A DNA stretch of 64,000 nucleotides. Origin: Eledone cirrhosa (taxonomy: Eukaryota). Position numbers and translations under genes: made by a program. This document shows, in pieces, positions 1-13,446 of the stretch; within the stretch, counting starts at the first letter, position 1, and each line of letters opens with the position of its first letter. The notes beneath the pieces are model-generated. The model ran no database searches and was not told where the DNA came from. It was given only the letters and a program-made list of their open reading frames with translations. The stretch lies in contig OZ024743.1 in assembly GCA_964016885.1 (NCBI GenBank), forward strand, positions 325,686,001 to 325,750,000, given 5' to 3'.

Positions 1-360
1 CACTACCACACCAAAGCCACCAGCACTATTACAAACTACTACCATCACCACCATCTCCACAACTTCAACTTCCAACACCTCATTGCATTCACTGCTGCTG
101 TCACCACCACCACATCAGCATTGCCACCACTGCCATACCAGCACCACCACTACCACACCACCGCTACACCAGCATCACACCCCACCACCACATCACAATC
201 ACTGTCACACCAGCATTACACCCCACTACCACATCACAACCGACACCAGGCCATACCACCACCACACCACCTTCACAGCCCCCCCCCCCCCCCACCACCA
301 CCACCACCACCACCCCCACCCCCACCCCCACCACACCAGCACCACCACCAACTCCGCCAC
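1..360. repeat. CAC/CCA-rich low-complexity tract
   Basis: Imperfect (CAC)n/(CCA)n runs; the His/Pro/Thr-rich ORFs here are artefacts. Confidence 0.85.
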
Positions 361-2959
361 AAACCCAATCTGTAACAATAAACTACATGAATTTGGAACC
401 AATTTAGTGAACAGTGGGTCACAGTTTTAGTGGAGAATACAGCAAAATGTTTTGTTATGTTTTAATGCTGTGTTTCTGATGTCTGTATATATATATGTAA
501 AGGTTGGTGGTGGTAGTTATGGCATTATCTGTGACATTTAGAAATAATATACTTATCCCCTGGTTACATTTACATACTTTTGTTAAGAACGGAAACCAAC
601 CACAAAAGTTGTGGTCACTCCTTAAGTCTATCTAGGGTGTTGGAGTGTAGCCATGCCCTCACTTAAGTTAATTGCTATAGAAAGTATCGAGTGAGGATGT
701 CAAACAGAGGATATTTCTTCAACTAAATTTTACAAATATATATCATAATAACTGAACAGCTTTTTTTGTCTGTCTATCACACACGAATGCTACTATATGT
801 CAAAAAAAAGAAAAAAGTTTTGTAGAAGTGAGTAGATTTGTTTTTCATGGAAAAAACACTACTGTACAATATACATTAATCCACACATGGATTTAGAAAT
901 TCTACTTTACCAAACTAAGCATAAAGAGCTAATAAGGAAATATGAAAAATCTTTCATAAAATTTATCAAATAAACATATATACATATATACATATGTATG
1001 TATTGTTTTGGTGTGTTGTTTATCCATTTACTTTTCACATATGTAGATATGACATTCTCCCTAGTGTCAGCAATTTACATGATAAATACACCCAGTACAT
1101 GCTGTCAAGTGTGAAAGTGTACGTAAATGAGATGTATACTGTCTGAGAAGTTAGTAGTCTTGCTTCAGTACTGACTTGGCTTGCAGAAGACCTGTCCAAC
1201 CCAAAAGCAAACATTAAATGATGATGCTAGTTGTTTGAACAAATCTCATGACAAAAGAAAGAGTATTCAACAGAATACTCTGAAAATAAAGATAAATATT
1301 ATATATATTCACAATGTAGAATCTAATAAAACATGTTACTCAAAGTTTCAGATAAACACCTATGGAAAATAGGTATTGATTTAAATCAATACTGGAATAA
1401 ATCAATAGAGATATTAAATTTAAATTTCTCAGTTATAACTTGACTGTTCGGAAGTCTTTCATGTCCAAAGGAAATAGTCTTCCTTCTGTTTGCACTGAAC
1501 CCTGGGAGAAATGCTCATAGACTGCTTTATTGTGAAGCAAGAAAAAAAGAGATATTAGAGGGATCAGACAGCAGGGACATCTATGACAAAAGAATTGCAC
1601 CCCTTGTTATGACATCTGACCATAAAATAATATATAAGACTAACTTTAGCAGGCAGATATTGCATAATAGCAACATATGAGTAATAAGAAATGCCATGTG
1701 GAGCACTTGTTCAGCAAGGGCTCCACATGGGTTAAACAATCTTTGATGTTAGTATAGGATTGTTTGATGGAGCTGATATCTGTGACCTTGTAGGATTATA
1801 TGCATGTTACATGAGTGAAACTTCACAGTAAACTATCACTATAAAACATTATATTCATTCTATATTCAGTATATGAGTCCTTCAATCCGTGCATGTTTAG
1901 TATGTTTATCACACAAACTTATAAAATAAGCATATATACATATATATATATTTGTGTGTGCGCATATATATTTGTATATGTGTCATCATTACCATCATTG
2001 TTTAACATCTGCTTTCCTTGCTAGCAAAGGATATGTATATCTTTAAAAAAAAATCAGGTGTACATAGATATACATCTATGCTGACTGCCAAATATATATA
2101 TAATCATATGTATATATATTATTAGAAAGAGTCAGGGTTTGACAACTTTTGCCCTTTCAACAGCTAGTTCCAGACTGTTGTTAACAGATAGGCCAACAGT
2201 CAACTGGCCATTTCATCAGGGGTGTGGCTTGTCCATATAAGGGTAAAGGTTCTTAAAAGGATGTTAAAAAAAGTTTTTAGAATGAATTGACTATATTTTT
2301 TATATATACATATATATATATAGATATATCTTTTATATATATTTAGGGAGTAGTTGGGTATGTGGCTGTGCAAATGTGTGTGTGCATGTGTTTGTATGTG
2401 TGTGTAAGTTTCATTACTTATGTGGGGATGAGTGAGATGGAAGAATTGTCAAGGGGAGAGAGAATGTATTTATTATCTTGGTTTACTGGGGTGTGTCTAT
2501 GTGTGTGAGACTGTGTGGCATTCGGCATTTGTATGGTCGGAGTGGTCAGAAAACTTAGCCAGCTTAATTGCAGACACAGAGCCATTCATTGACACCACAT
2601 AAAGACACTAATGCTACACAATCAACTGGGCCAGTCATACATTGACAAACTCTATATATCTCTCAATAAAAGAACTTATTTTTTAGTTATCTCAATATAA
2701 TCATATTCTACTATCCCAAGTATCAAGTACTCTGTTGAATAATGGTCTAACTAGTTTTAAACTGGTTCAATCATCTGGTTTTCCTACTAGCAAATGTTGG
2801 ACAGGCTGTCACAGACCAAATCAGTACTTAATCAGAGCTCCTGATCTCTCAAAAACTCTAGGGGTCCACATCTCACATTCGTTTCTAGGTACAGGGGCTA
2901 ACTCTTAGCTAAGTACTTCTGCAGTTGTCTCACAAAGAAAAGGGAATCAGTAATATCCC

Positions 2960-3510
2960 TACCTTACATAAAGCCAAACTGCATTTCATCTAGCTTGATT
3001 GTGTCTCTAATTAGTTGTGCTGTAATTCTTTCAGCAGCTTCATCACCTGGTCCATCAACTTGATGCCTCTCTCTAGCAATTGTAGCAGTTTACAACGATA
3101 CTACTGCACCAGTCATTGGGTATGACACCGTCCTGTACTATTTGATTTATTAAGCATCTGACTAGCATGTAACCTACCATGCTGGATGTTTTTCCCATTC
3201 TAACTACTATACCAAATAGTCCAGATGCTTCTCCTACTTTCATATGCTTAATCACTAAGTTTATTACCATGAACTTTTATTGTTGGTTTCTCTGCTTCAG
3301 ACAGTCTCACTTACCCATTTATTCTTCTCATTCAGCAGTTTGCAGTCCTTTCTTCTTAGCCTCAATCAGAGCTCCATGGACATTTCAGGCATATTTCTCC
3401 CCAACCATGTCTCAGTTCTCTCTACCACACTGTCTTACAACCCAGAATACTTTACACCTTCCGTTTTAATGTCATATAACATGAACAAATCTCTTTTTGC
3501 TGCCACTCAA
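2960..3510 (-). mobile_element. Degenerate RTE-clade LINE fragment
   Basis: ORF 3073-3270 (QIVQDGVIPNDWCSSIVVNCY) matches the RTE copies at 16-29 kb; interrupted by stops. Confidence 0.75.
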
Positions 3511-3526
3511 CAAGTATATATATATA

Positions 3527-5122
3527 TAATAATAATAATAATGAAATTATTGTGTAAAGTGCTCAGGTGCACTACAACTCGTCAATATAGTACATAGAAT
3601 AATACACAAATGCCAGGGAAGTACATGTTTGTATGTGTTAGCTGTAGTGTTGGCGGATCTCGGGAAGCATGGAGGCCTTAAAGGATGCAGTGTCTCGACA
3701 GCTAACAACTGATGCAGGTAGTTTGTTCCATGCTTCAGCAACTCTGAGCGTGAAAAAATGTTTCCGAAAGTCATGGGAACTGTGCTGTTTTCTTACTTTG
3801 TGGGCATGTCCACGTGTGTTAGACACATGGAAATCGAAAAGGCACTCAGGGTTGTTGTTGGCAACATGGTTAACAATTTTGTGGGTGTTTACCAAGTCAG
3901 TTGCCAGGCGTCGGAGCTTCAATGAATCCATGCCCAGGGAAGCAAGGCGATCAGAGTATGGTAGATGCCTGATGGAGGGTATTCGCTTGGTTGCACGTCT
4001 CTGAACAGTTTCCAGGCGGTCAATGTCCTGAGCAAGATAGGGGTTCCAGACTGGTGATGCAAATTCTAAGTGTGGTCGCACCATAGCTGTATACAGCCTT
4101 AAATAGATATCTGGAGAGCGGCTGACAAAGGTCTTGCTGAGTGATGCTAAGACACCCTCGGCCCTCTTGACAATTTTAGAGACGTGCCTCGTCCAACGCA
4201 AATCGCTGCTGACCGTAATGCCCAGGTCACGTTCACAGGAAGACTTCTTGATATTAGTGCTGTGGAGGGAGTATGTGGACGCTGGGTTTTTACTCCCAAA
4301 ATGCATGGTGGTGCACTTGTCCACAGCTAGCTTGAGTTGCCAGTCTGAGATCCACTGTTGCATTGTGTCCAGGTCAGACTGCAAGCAAGATCTATAGTGT
4401 TCAGGATCTGTCCTTTTTATCTCAAGGTACAGCTTGATGTCGTCTGCGTACTTTAGTACTGTGGCATTCCTTAAGTTGGCATCTATGTCATTAATATATG
4501 CCACAAACAAAAGGGGGCCAAGAACAGATCCCTGAGGTACACCAGATGACATCTCATATGGTGAGGAATGCTGTCCCAGAACCGCGACTGAGAATGAAGG
4601 ACTTCAACCAGTTAAAAAGATCATCCTTCACACCCATTGCAGAGAGTTTTGCCATAAGCCTTTTGTGCGGCACAGAATTGAAGGCCTTCGCAAAGTCAAG
4701 GTAAACAACATCCACCCATGAGCCGCCATCAGTGATCCGGGTGATGTCCTCAAGAAACTCTATAAGTTGATCACAGCAGCTGGAGTTGGGGATAAATCCA
4801 AATTGTGAGGGCCGGATAAGACTGTGAGAGCTCCAGAAGTTCCAAAGTGTTTCTCTGACACAGGATTCCATCAGTTTGGCAATGCAACTAGTAAGACTGA
4901 CTGGACGATAGTTCACAGGTGATGTGCGGTCACCCTTTTTGAACAGAGGAATTACACTGGCAGTTTTCCACTGTTCTGGAGTAGCACTGTTGTTCAGACA
5001 GAATTGGAAGAAGCGTGATAACTGGTGTAGAAGGAAGTACCCACCACGTTTAAGAAGCAGGTACGTAACACCATCAAGACCAGGAGAGGCATGGTTGCGT
5101 TTATTTTTTAGGTGATGTCGCA
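3527..5122 (-). mobile_element. 5'-truncated CR1-type LINE copy (RT region, frameshifted)
   Basis: ORFs 3638-4552 and 4554-5261 carry YLDFAKAFNSV, GVPQGSVLGP, YADD and FFTLRVAEAWNKLP. (TAA)n tail at ~3527-3543. A ~14-bp deletion near 4588 relative to the full-length copy breaks the frame. Confidence 0.93.
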
Positions 5123-5169
5123 GCATCATCATCATCACCGTTTTACGTCCGTTCTTCCATGCTAGCATG

Positions 5170-5236
<67 letters not shown>

Positions 5237-5747
5237 TCATCATTTTACATCCATTTTCCATGTTGGCATAGGCTGGATGGATTGTTATGGTCTGACACTG
5301 AAAGAGGTCAGAAGGACCAAATCTTGCTCATATATTCCATTTCTGGTATGATTTCTATTGCTATTTCTATTCTATTGCTGGATGACCTTCCTAATGCCAC
5401 ACACATACAGAGAGAGAGAGTGAGAGATTAATACTAACAGCACCAGCAGACATAGTAAAAATAAGTACAGCATTAGTAGACAGAGACAAAACCAATTACA
5501 ATTAAAGCAGAACAAGTATTTGATGAATGAATATTCATTGGTAGACTCCTAGGTTTGGCTTTTGGCCATTCATCCAGCAGAACTACTAGATGCTATCATA
5601 TAGTAAGTAGAACCATGAGATGGTATCTAATGGTTAGTAGAACTACTACTTTATCTGAATCTAGAGCTACATAAACATAGACTTTCATATACAGCATGGG
5701 CGATATCATTTAACTATGACATAGTAAAACCAAATTATTGAACAGAA

Positions 5748-6500
5748 TCATCATCATCACCGTTTAACATCCATTTTTCCATACTAGCATAGGTTAGACG
5801 AGTTGTCCTGTTGTGAGACAAACCAGATCAGATGACTGTCATACTCATACTGGACTACTTTTTACTTGGTTTCTACGACTAGATGCCCTTCTTAATGCCA
5901 ACCACATTTACAGTGTGTACTAGGTGCTTTTTTGTCGAGATACCTGCACAACCACTTTACAGTGTGGACTGGTTATTTTTTGTCATGACACCAAAATGAC
6001 TATTTTACAGTGTGGACTGCGGGCTGATGGACTTATTTGGTTAAGGGTAGGGTGCTAGGGCATGGGTGGAGAGTTAGGACGTAGGTGCAGTGTTAGAAGG
6101 TGGGAGGTGTATGGAATGGGAAGGGGAAGCTAGTGCATACTAGATGTATGCTTCAACCCGTGCCCATGGGAAGGCGGGTCTTCTGTATTACAGCATAATG
6201 CCAGAGATCTCGATCCTGTGTCAATGCCTTTGAGAGGTGCAATTGTGCAAGGTCAGCTTTTATCACCTCATCCAAAGTCTCCTGGGTCTTCCTACTCCAT
6301 AGCTTTAATCAACTTTGAGTGCTCTGCACCTTTTTATACAGATGTCATCCTTTATACGCATCACCAGTTCATACCTCCACAATCTCCTCTTCTGCACACT
6401 GCATCTGATCCCTCTTATGCATATTTTCTCTCTCAGTTCATTTATATTACTATTACACATCCATTAGAGCAAGCAAGCTTCATTTCTTTCCAATCTAAGC
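5748..6500 (-). mobile_element. Degenerate RTE 3' fragment
   Basis: (ATC)n tail and GGATGCCCTTC-like 3' UTR shared with the RTE copies; remnant of the GRPRKTW region. Confidence 0.75.
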
Positions 6501-6670
6501 CTGCATTCTCTACTACACAGTCCGCACTCCAGTCCGCACTCACCTGCACCAAATCATGCTTACAGGTCATAACACAATGGAACCTTCTCCACCACTTTAG
6601 ATATTTCCATAACACTACTATGTAGCAAAGATATTTAGTGATTTATTTATTAATCACAAGAAATTATTAT

Positions 6671-7345
6671 ATACTAGCAGATTGGCCCGGCGTTACTCGG
6701 GATTTGCTCTAGGGTTCTTATATATTTTATATATATTTATCCTTATTGAGCCTCGTGAAATAAATACGTTTATTTATATTTTGTTATTGTGTATGCAAAA
6801 ATATCTGTACACGAATATATAATTATATATATATCTATATATCTAAAACAGAGAATGTCTGTCTGTCAGCTCACTAAAACTTGAGAACCATCCAATCGAT
6901 TGTTTTCAAACTTTAGACATGTAATACTTATGGTCCTGTGAGTGTTTTGAGCAAAAATTATTTCAAATTTTCAATGCCCTAGGGACCGCATTAGGCGATT
7001 TAGCGTTCTCTCTATATAATTCTTAGTCTTTCTTTTTAGATAGATACATAGATATAACGTTGCGCCTTTATAATATCTGTCTGTATGTCTGGCTGTCTGC
7101 ATTACGTCATTATGACGCGCTCAGCGCGATTCCCTCGGCCTCAGTGACCAAAGTTAGTGGAGAGGGGAAGGTAATGTTTCTGTAGCACGTGTTTTAGCGT
7201 CTATTCACTCTCTCTCTCTCCCTCTCTACCTCCCGATATCCCCCTCTCGTAGTCTGTCTCTTTCTTTCACTCTCACTCTCTCTCTACGCACGTGTTTCCA
7301 CTGTCGGACAGACAGAGAAATTGCTGGTTATATATATAAGTAGAT
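6671..7345. mobile_element. Helentron-associated (HINE/DINE-1-like) non-autonomous element
   Basis: Starts ACTAGCAGATTGGCCCGGCGTTACTCGGG (short palindrome), contains (GTCT)n/(CAGA)n tracts and ends in a TATATATA..AGAT terminus; recognised from family architecture only. Confidence 0.55.
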
Positions 7346-7527
7346 TTAACAAAGATCATGCCTACATGAACAATCTCTCAAACTTTTACGAAGTGCTGAG
7401 GTGATAAACTTAATATTAAGTATGGTGTGCTATGAAATAGCATCTTCACACAAGAACATACCATTCTTTACATTAATATTTTATATTTAATTTAATTATA
7501 CATTATTATAAAACTGTGATCTTTTAA

Positions 7528-7805
7528 CCCTTTAACATTTAAACCGGCCATATCCATCCAGAATTCTCTCACCTCTTTCTGTTCAAACCAGCCATAACTG
7601 GCTGCTCATACTGATATTAAGGTATTGTTCTCAAAATAAATAACAAAATCTCATAGATTCGATATTATGTGAGATATTATGTGAGATATTATGTGAGATA
7701 TTATGTGAGATATTATGTGAGATATTATGTGAGATAATTATGTGAGGTAAATCCTTTACCATGAAAATATAATAGTATATATAGAGTAATGTAAATGTTA
7801 AAGGG
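7528..7805. mobile_element. piggyBac-type MITE with TTAA target duplication
   Basis: TIRs CCCTTTAACATTTA / TAAATGTTAAAGGG flanked by TTAA (7524-7527, 7806-7809); internal 12-bp tandem (GATATTATGTGA) x~6. Confidence 0.85.
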
Positions 7806-7954
7806 TTAAAGTTCAGTAATACACAACTCTTGAGGTCTGCACTCTAAGTAGCTGTCAAGTTGGCCTTAATGGTATTACCAACTCTACGTGAGTCTACACA
7901 AAAACAGCAGCAAAAACAAAATGAATCAGTTAATGAAATAGAAGAGTGCCATAC

Positions 7955-8137
7955 CTGTTTTCTTGTGCAGTTTGTTATTGATGAAATCAAACACATTTGT
8001 AGGTTCAATCTTGTTATAAGCTGCTTTGTTCTTCTTCTCAATGGTCTTCTTCTTTACCTTTTCATTGTTCAGTACATTAAATAAGTTTTTATTAGCTGCT
8101 TCCTCTTTCAACTTCATCACAGTGTCAAGGGATTTAC
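7955..8137 (-). CDS. ZGPAT: ZGPAT coding exon 10
   Basis: cag|GT AAA TCC CTT ... ACA G|gtatgg; GKSLDTVMKLKE...NVFDFINNKL resembles the ZGPAT region after the G-patch; phases match the neighbouring exon. Confidence 0.88.
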
Positions 8138-8176
8138 CTGGAATGTAAGTAATATAAAATACTATTATTATATCAT

Positions 8177-8410
8177 AGGATGGTAGGTTGGCAGTATCAG
8201 TAGAGCATCAAACAACATGCTTTATGGCATATAGTTACATCCCTTTACGTTCTGAATTCTAATTCTACTGAGGTTAGTTTTTTCCTTTCATCCTTATGAG
8301 GTCAATAAAATAAAGTACCAGTAATGCACTGGGTTGATTTAAACAACTTTCTCATCCCCCAAAATTGTTGGCCTTGTACCTAAATCAGAAACCATTATAT
8401 CATCATCATG
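8177..8410 (+). mobile_element. tRNA-derived CORE-type SINE (octopus OR-like); further copies at ~35430-35645, 38320-38540, 49680-49870, 50715-51125, 53880-54085, 58895-59095
   Basis: Recurring TGGCAG..TTCTGAGTTCAAATCCCGCCGAGGT..TTTGCCTTTCATCC..TAAAGTACCAGT..TGGCCTTGTGCC motif with an ATT/ATC tail. Confidence 0.7.
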
Positions 8411-9622
8411 AAAGTTGGGTGAGATTGATGAAACTAAATGGGTTTTCTCTAACTATGCTTTATTGAGATAGGCAGAAAAGAATCTAAGAGTGGGTACATT
8501 CAATGCCTTTATTGTGAAATTTTGCTTGTTGGAAATTTATTGTTTTTGTTAATTTTGATGTTTTTTACTTGATGTAAACTACATTTTGTGTTGTAATTCA
8601 TGTTTGTATTGTCTCCAGTGTCTAGGCCCCTCTGGCCAATAAAAGAAATCATTATCACTATTATTAGCATTAATATTATTAGTATTTCCAAGTTCCATTT
8701 AGAAAAGCAGGTGGGGTGAAGAAGGACATGCTGCTCCTTCTCCATAGTATATTTGGTCAGTGAATGTAGGCTGGAAGCAATAGCGGAGAGAGGGACACTT
8801 TGCCTATGGTGCCCTTTGTTATCAGGGTGATCTTGGATCTGTGGGGTTCCTTAATTGCCCCTGGGTAAAACTCCCTACAATTGGGAAAATTCTCTTGTTA
8901 TAAATTTATAGTAATTTTGTTACCTGTTTTTATTTTCTATTTACTCACTTTTGTAGCAGATTGGCCTGCTCCTATAATTAATGAGCAAGTGGCTGAGCAT
9001 TCCATAGACACATGTACCCTACGTGTATTTCTTGTGGAGATTCAGGTGTAAAAAATTACAGGTACAACTCAATGGACTAGATCAATGTAAAATAAAGTGA
9101 CTTGCTCAAGAGCACAATGTGCTACTAGTAATCAAACTCATGACCTTATGATTGTGAGTCAAACACCCTAGCCACTATGCCACATACTTTCACTGATAAT
9201 ACACTACAATATCATGCAGCTTAGTATTTAGAGTGTTTGACTGCAAATTGTAAGGTCATAAGTTTGATTTTCAGAGGTGCATTGTATCCTTGAACAGGAC
9301 AGTTTATTTCACATTGCTCCAGTTCGATGAGCTGGCATAAATGAGTTGTGCTTGTAAGTCAAAGGGCCAGCCTTGTCACAGACACTGTCACACTCAATCT
9401 CCCTGTGAACTAAATTAAAGGTGCACATGCCTGTGGATTGCTCAGCCACTTGTGCATTAATTTCATGAGTAGGCTGTACCATTGTTCAAATAACTGACAT
9501 ATGTCCAACACATGTTGTTTGACAATCATATTTTGATCATATTTTAATGTGGTACCATTATAATATCCCATGGTATGTTGTGGGATACATATGGTGTGAA
9601 ACAAGGATATCATGCAACGTAC

Positions 9623-9731
9623 CCACTGGCAAGACCTCAATGGGAACTGGTTCTGTTTTTCCTTCATTATTTCTTCCAAGACCCTGACCAGTGATGTAAC
9701 CCATCTTGGCCATCAAACGAGAACCAAATCC
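9623..9731 (-). CDS. ZGPAT: ZGPAT coding exon 9 (G-patch)
   Basis: aag|GGA TTT GGT ... GTG G|gtacgt; GFGSRLMAKMGYITGQGLGRNNEGKTEPVPIEVLP fits the G-patch consensus. Confidence 0.93.
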
Positions 9732-10624
9732 CTTAAAGACAAAATGAAAGTAAAATTATATTAAAATTAAATAAACAATTAAAACCCTTTCAGCAAAAAA
9801 CTACCTGAAACCATTCCTGGTTCTATGATACAAAGTTGTTTGTTTTAAAGTGTTTATATTTATTTAAGAACCTTCCTTTGTAATTTTATGTAAGAACCTT
9901 TATTAAATTATGTTCAAAACACCAACTTAGCTCCTTTGATACCAAACCACATGAAACTGTCTCTGGTTCTACAATACAAAGCTGTTTGTTTTAAAGTGCT
10001 TATTATATTTATCTACAAAACTTCTATTGCAATTATATAAGAACTTCTATTGCAATTTTATATAAGAACCTCTGTTGAGTTATGTTCCAAATACCAGCTT
10101 AATATTGAGAAAGTTAGTTATGTAACTAAATCCCTTCAAAACTTAGATTATTTTCAAAATCATTTAAAAATCAGTCAGTGTCTTTCATTAGAAATCTAGG
10201 AAGGAAAAGGGTGAAACATCAATGGGAATAAGATACAGAAAAATAGTTTTAAAGTGATTCTTCCCTATTTACACAATGACGTTTGTGTTGTGTATGTTGA
10301 TAGGGCATAATTAGTAGTCAGTTGTTATAATAATAATAATATAATAATAATAATAATGAAATTATTGTGTACAGTGCTCAGGTGCACTACAACTCATCAA
10401 AGGTGCATGTATAGTACATAGAATAATGTACAAATGTCAGGAAAATAAACAGTGTATGAGTCATGATATAATAACAATAACGAAATATTGTGCACAGTGC
10501 CCAGGTGCACCACAACTCATCAAAAAAGTGCATGTACAGTACATAGGGCAATGCACAAACATCAGTAAAATGAACAGTGCACGAGTCATGATACACACGT
10601 GTGCATGTGTATGGAAGGGGTACA

Positions 10625-13390
10625 TCAGGTGTAGTTTTGGCGTATTTTGGGAAGCATGAGTGTCTTAAAGGATGCAGTGTCTCGGCAGCTAACAATTGAC
10701 GCAGGCAGTTTGTTCCATGCTTCAGCAACTCTGAGCGTGAAAAAATGTCTGCGAAAGTCATGGGAGCTGTGCTGTTTTCTTATCTTGTAGGCATGTCCAC
10801 GTGTGTTAGACACATGGAGATCAAAGAGGCGCTCAGGGTTGCAGTTGGCGAGATGGTTAAAAACTGTGTGGGTATTCACCAAGTCCATTGCCAGACGTCG
10901 GAGCTTCAATGAATCCATGCCCAGGGAAGCAAGGCGTTCAGAGTATGGTAGGTGTCTGATGGAGGGTATGCGCTTGGTTGCACGTCTCTGAACAGTTTCC
11001 AGGAGGTCAATGTTCCGAGCAAGATAGGGGTTCCAGACTGATGATGCGAATTCCAAGTGTGGTCGCACCATAGCTGTATACAGTTTTAAATAGATGGCTG
11101 GAGAGCGGCTAACAAAGGTCTTGCTGAGTGATGCCAAGACACCCTCGGCCTTCTTGACAATCTTAGAGACATGCTTTGTCCAACGCAAATCGTTGCTGAC
11201 AGTAATGCCCAGGTCACGTTCACAAGAGGACTTTTTGATGTCAGTGTTGTGGAGGGAGTATGTGGACGCTGGATTTTTCCTTCCAAAATGCATGGTGGTA
11301 CACTTGTCCACAGCCAGCTTCAGTTGCCAGTCTGTGATCCATTGCTGCATTGTGTCCAGGTCTGATTGTAGGAAAGAGTTGTAAATTTCAGGATCAGTCC
11401 TTTTGATTTCAAGGTACAGCTTGATGTCATCTGCATATTTTAGTACCGTGGCATTCTGTAAGTTGGCATCTATGTCATTAATATATGCCACAAACAAAAG
11501 AGGACCAAGAACAGATCCCTGTGGTACACCAGATGACATCTCATATGGTGAAGAATGCTGTCCTAGAACCGTGACTACTTCCTTTCGGCTGAGAATGAAG
11601 GATTTCAGCCAGTCGAAAAGATCATCCCTCACACCCATTGCAGAGAGTTTTGCCATAAGTCTTTTGTGTGGCACAGAATTAAAAGCCTTAGCAAAGTCAA
11701 GGTAAACAACATCCACCCATGAGCCGCTGTCAGTGATCCGGGTGATGTCCTCAAGAAACTCGATAAGCTGATCACAGCAGCTGGAGTTAGGGATAAATCC
11801 AAACTGTGAGGGCCGGATGAGGCTGTGAGAGCTCCAGAAGTTCCAAAGTGTTTCTCTGACACAGGATTCCATCAGTTTGGCCATACAGCTAGTAAGACTG
11901 ACTGGACGATAGTTGACAGGTGACATGCGGTTGCCCTTTTTGAACAGGGGAATGACACTGGCAGTTTTCCACTGCTCCGGAGTAGCACCATTGCTGAGAC
12001 AGTATTGAAAGAAAAAAGAAAGCTGGCGCAAAAGGAAATCCCCGCCACGTTTGAGAAGCAGGTATGTCACACCATCAAGACCAGGGGAGGCATAGTTGTG
12101 CTTATTCTTAAGGTGACGTCGCAACATTGCAGGTGTAAATTCCATAGTTGTTATGGAATTTGATGTTAGAGATGGTGGAGATGGTACATTCTGGTCTTCA
12201 ACAGTAAAAATACTTGCATAGCACTCAGCAATGAGTTCTGCGCATTCCTTGGGATTGTCAGTGATCTGGCTTGTGTGGGGATTGCGAAGAGGACCAACTG
12301 GAGAGTGAGGTCTCTGCTTTGAATGAACATATTTCCAGAACACCTTACTGTCAGGATTGGTTGCGATGCACTGTTCAAATTCAAGCACTGCCTTCTTTGT
12401 CACTTGCTTGAGATGGTTAGAAGATTTATTCCGCTTTTTTCTGTTGGCATCTGATCTATGCAGTTTATATTCCCGTTCAGCGTTCCGACGTTCTTTCCTG
12501 GCAAGTCGGACCGCTGAAGTTTCCCAGATTGCACTTTTGGGGTGGTTATTTTTCCGCTTCCGTGGCACTGATGTTGCACACGCTATCCATATTGAGTCCA
12601 GGATGCTCTGGAGTATAGAGTTCACATCTCCAGATTTATACATCTCATGCCAGTTTGGGCGCTGTAGCTCAGTGCAGTACAAGTTCCAATCCGCCCTCTT
12701 CCAATCAAAGCAAGCAGATTGGAGATGGCCCTGGTTTTTGTTGCTGCCCTCAAGTGCCAGATTGGCAATGATCATAGCATGATCAGAGTCGCCTAGAGGT
12801 TCCTCAGTAGTACAACTGATAACCACTTCAGGAGTAGTGGTGAAGATCAGGTCCAAAGTGTTGTCACCTCTTGTTGGAGAGGTGACTACTTGTGACCAGT
12901 TTGAGTCCAGCACTAGTTGAAGGAAATCGTTTGCACCCTGTGGCCAACGAAAGGTTTCCCAATCGATCTCAGGATGATTGAAGTCACCTGCAATAAACAC
13001 ATAAGTGGCTGTTTTCTTGGCAGCAACTCTGAGGATATCGCAAAGCTGTGTGTCCTGATGGTAGTTTGGGGGTCGATAAACAACACCAAGCAGAAGTGTT
13101 GACATGGTCATACGTATGTCACAGAAAAAAACTTCTTCCTGTGATTCGTTCAAATCAACGCAAGGAATTACCGAAAAGTTTGAACGAACGTAGACCATCA
13201 CACCACCACCACGGCGGTTAATGCGGTCCTTACGGAAAAGGTTGTACCCAGTAATGGTGAAAACCCCATCACAGAGTAAGGAATGTGCCCATGTTTCCGT
13301 GACTGTGATGAAGTCAGGGTCGATGCTTCTGACGTAGGATTCGAACAGATGTATCTTGTTGCATAAACTGCGAGCATTTAATGACAACAA
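10625..13390 (-). CDS. CR1 ORF2: AP endonuclease + reverse transcriptase (frame open upstream to at least 13456, no upstream ATG)
   Basis: LNARSL, TETW, YRPP, GDFN, LDL and SDH (APE motifs); NYRPVSLT, QFGF, LDFAKAF, GVPQGSVLGP, YADD and DLG (RT motifs); no stops. Confidence 0.95.
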   Translation of the reverse strand: MLSLNARSLCNKIHLFESYVRSIDPDFITVTETWAHSLLCDGVFTITGYNLFRKDRINRRGGGVMVYVRSNFSVIPCVDLNESQEEVFFCDIRMTMSTLLLGVVYRPPNYHQDTQLCDILRVAAKKTATYVFIAGDFNHPEIDWETFRWPQGANDFLQLVLDSNWSQVVTSPTRGDNTLDLIFTTTPEVVISCTTEEPLGDSDHAMIIANLALEGSNKNQGHLQSACFDWKRADWNLYCTELQRPNWHEMYKSGDVNSILQSILDSIWIACATSVPRKRKNNHPKSAIWETSAVRLARKERRNAEREYKLHRSDANRKKRNKSSNHLKQVTKKAVLEFEQCIATNPDSKVFWKYVHSKQRPHSPVGPLRNPHTSQITDNPKECAELIAECYASIFTVEDQNVPSPPSLTSNSITTMEFTPAMLRRHLKNKHNYASPGLDGVTYLLLKRGGDFLLRQLSFFFQYCLSNGATPEQWKTASVIPLFKKGNRMSPVNYRPVSLTSCMAKLMESCVRETLWNFWSSHSLIRPSQFGFIPNSSCCDQLIEFLEDITRITDSGSWVDVVYLDFAKAFNSVPHKRLMAKLSAMGVRDDLFDWLKSFILSRKEVVTVLGQHSSPYEMSSGVPQGSVLGPLLFVAYINDIDANLQNATVLKYADDIKLYLEIKRTDPEIYNSFLQSDLDTMQQWITDWQLKLAVDKCTTMHFGRKNPASTYSLHNTDIKKSSCERDLGITVSNDLRWTKHVSKIVKKAEGVLASLSKTFVSRSPAIYLKLYTAMVRPHLEFASSVWNPYLARNIDLLETVQRRATKRIPSIRHLPYSERLASLGMDSLKLRRLAMDLVNTHTVFNHLANCNPERLFDLHVSNTRGHAYKIRKQHSSHDFRRHFFTLRVAEAWNKLPASIVSCRDTASFKTLMLPKIRQNYT

Positions 13391-13446
13391 TTTGTACCCT
13401 GCTTGCAGTTTATGATGGTGTGTAGAGGGTGGCAGGTTGTTCTGGT

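Noticed and set aside
83-430. His/Pro-rich ORFs
   Set aside because: Translations of a CAC/CCA low-complexity tract; no splice or homology support.
1130-1530. Possible final ZGPAT exons
   Set aside because: Candidate acceptors in the required phase lead to early stops or show no resemblance to the ZGPAT C-terminal coiled coil; the 3' exons probably lie outside the window.
10803-12782. Plus-strand ORFs overlapping LINE ORF2 (and equivalents over the RTE copies)
   Set aside because: Antisense shadows of the RT reading frames.
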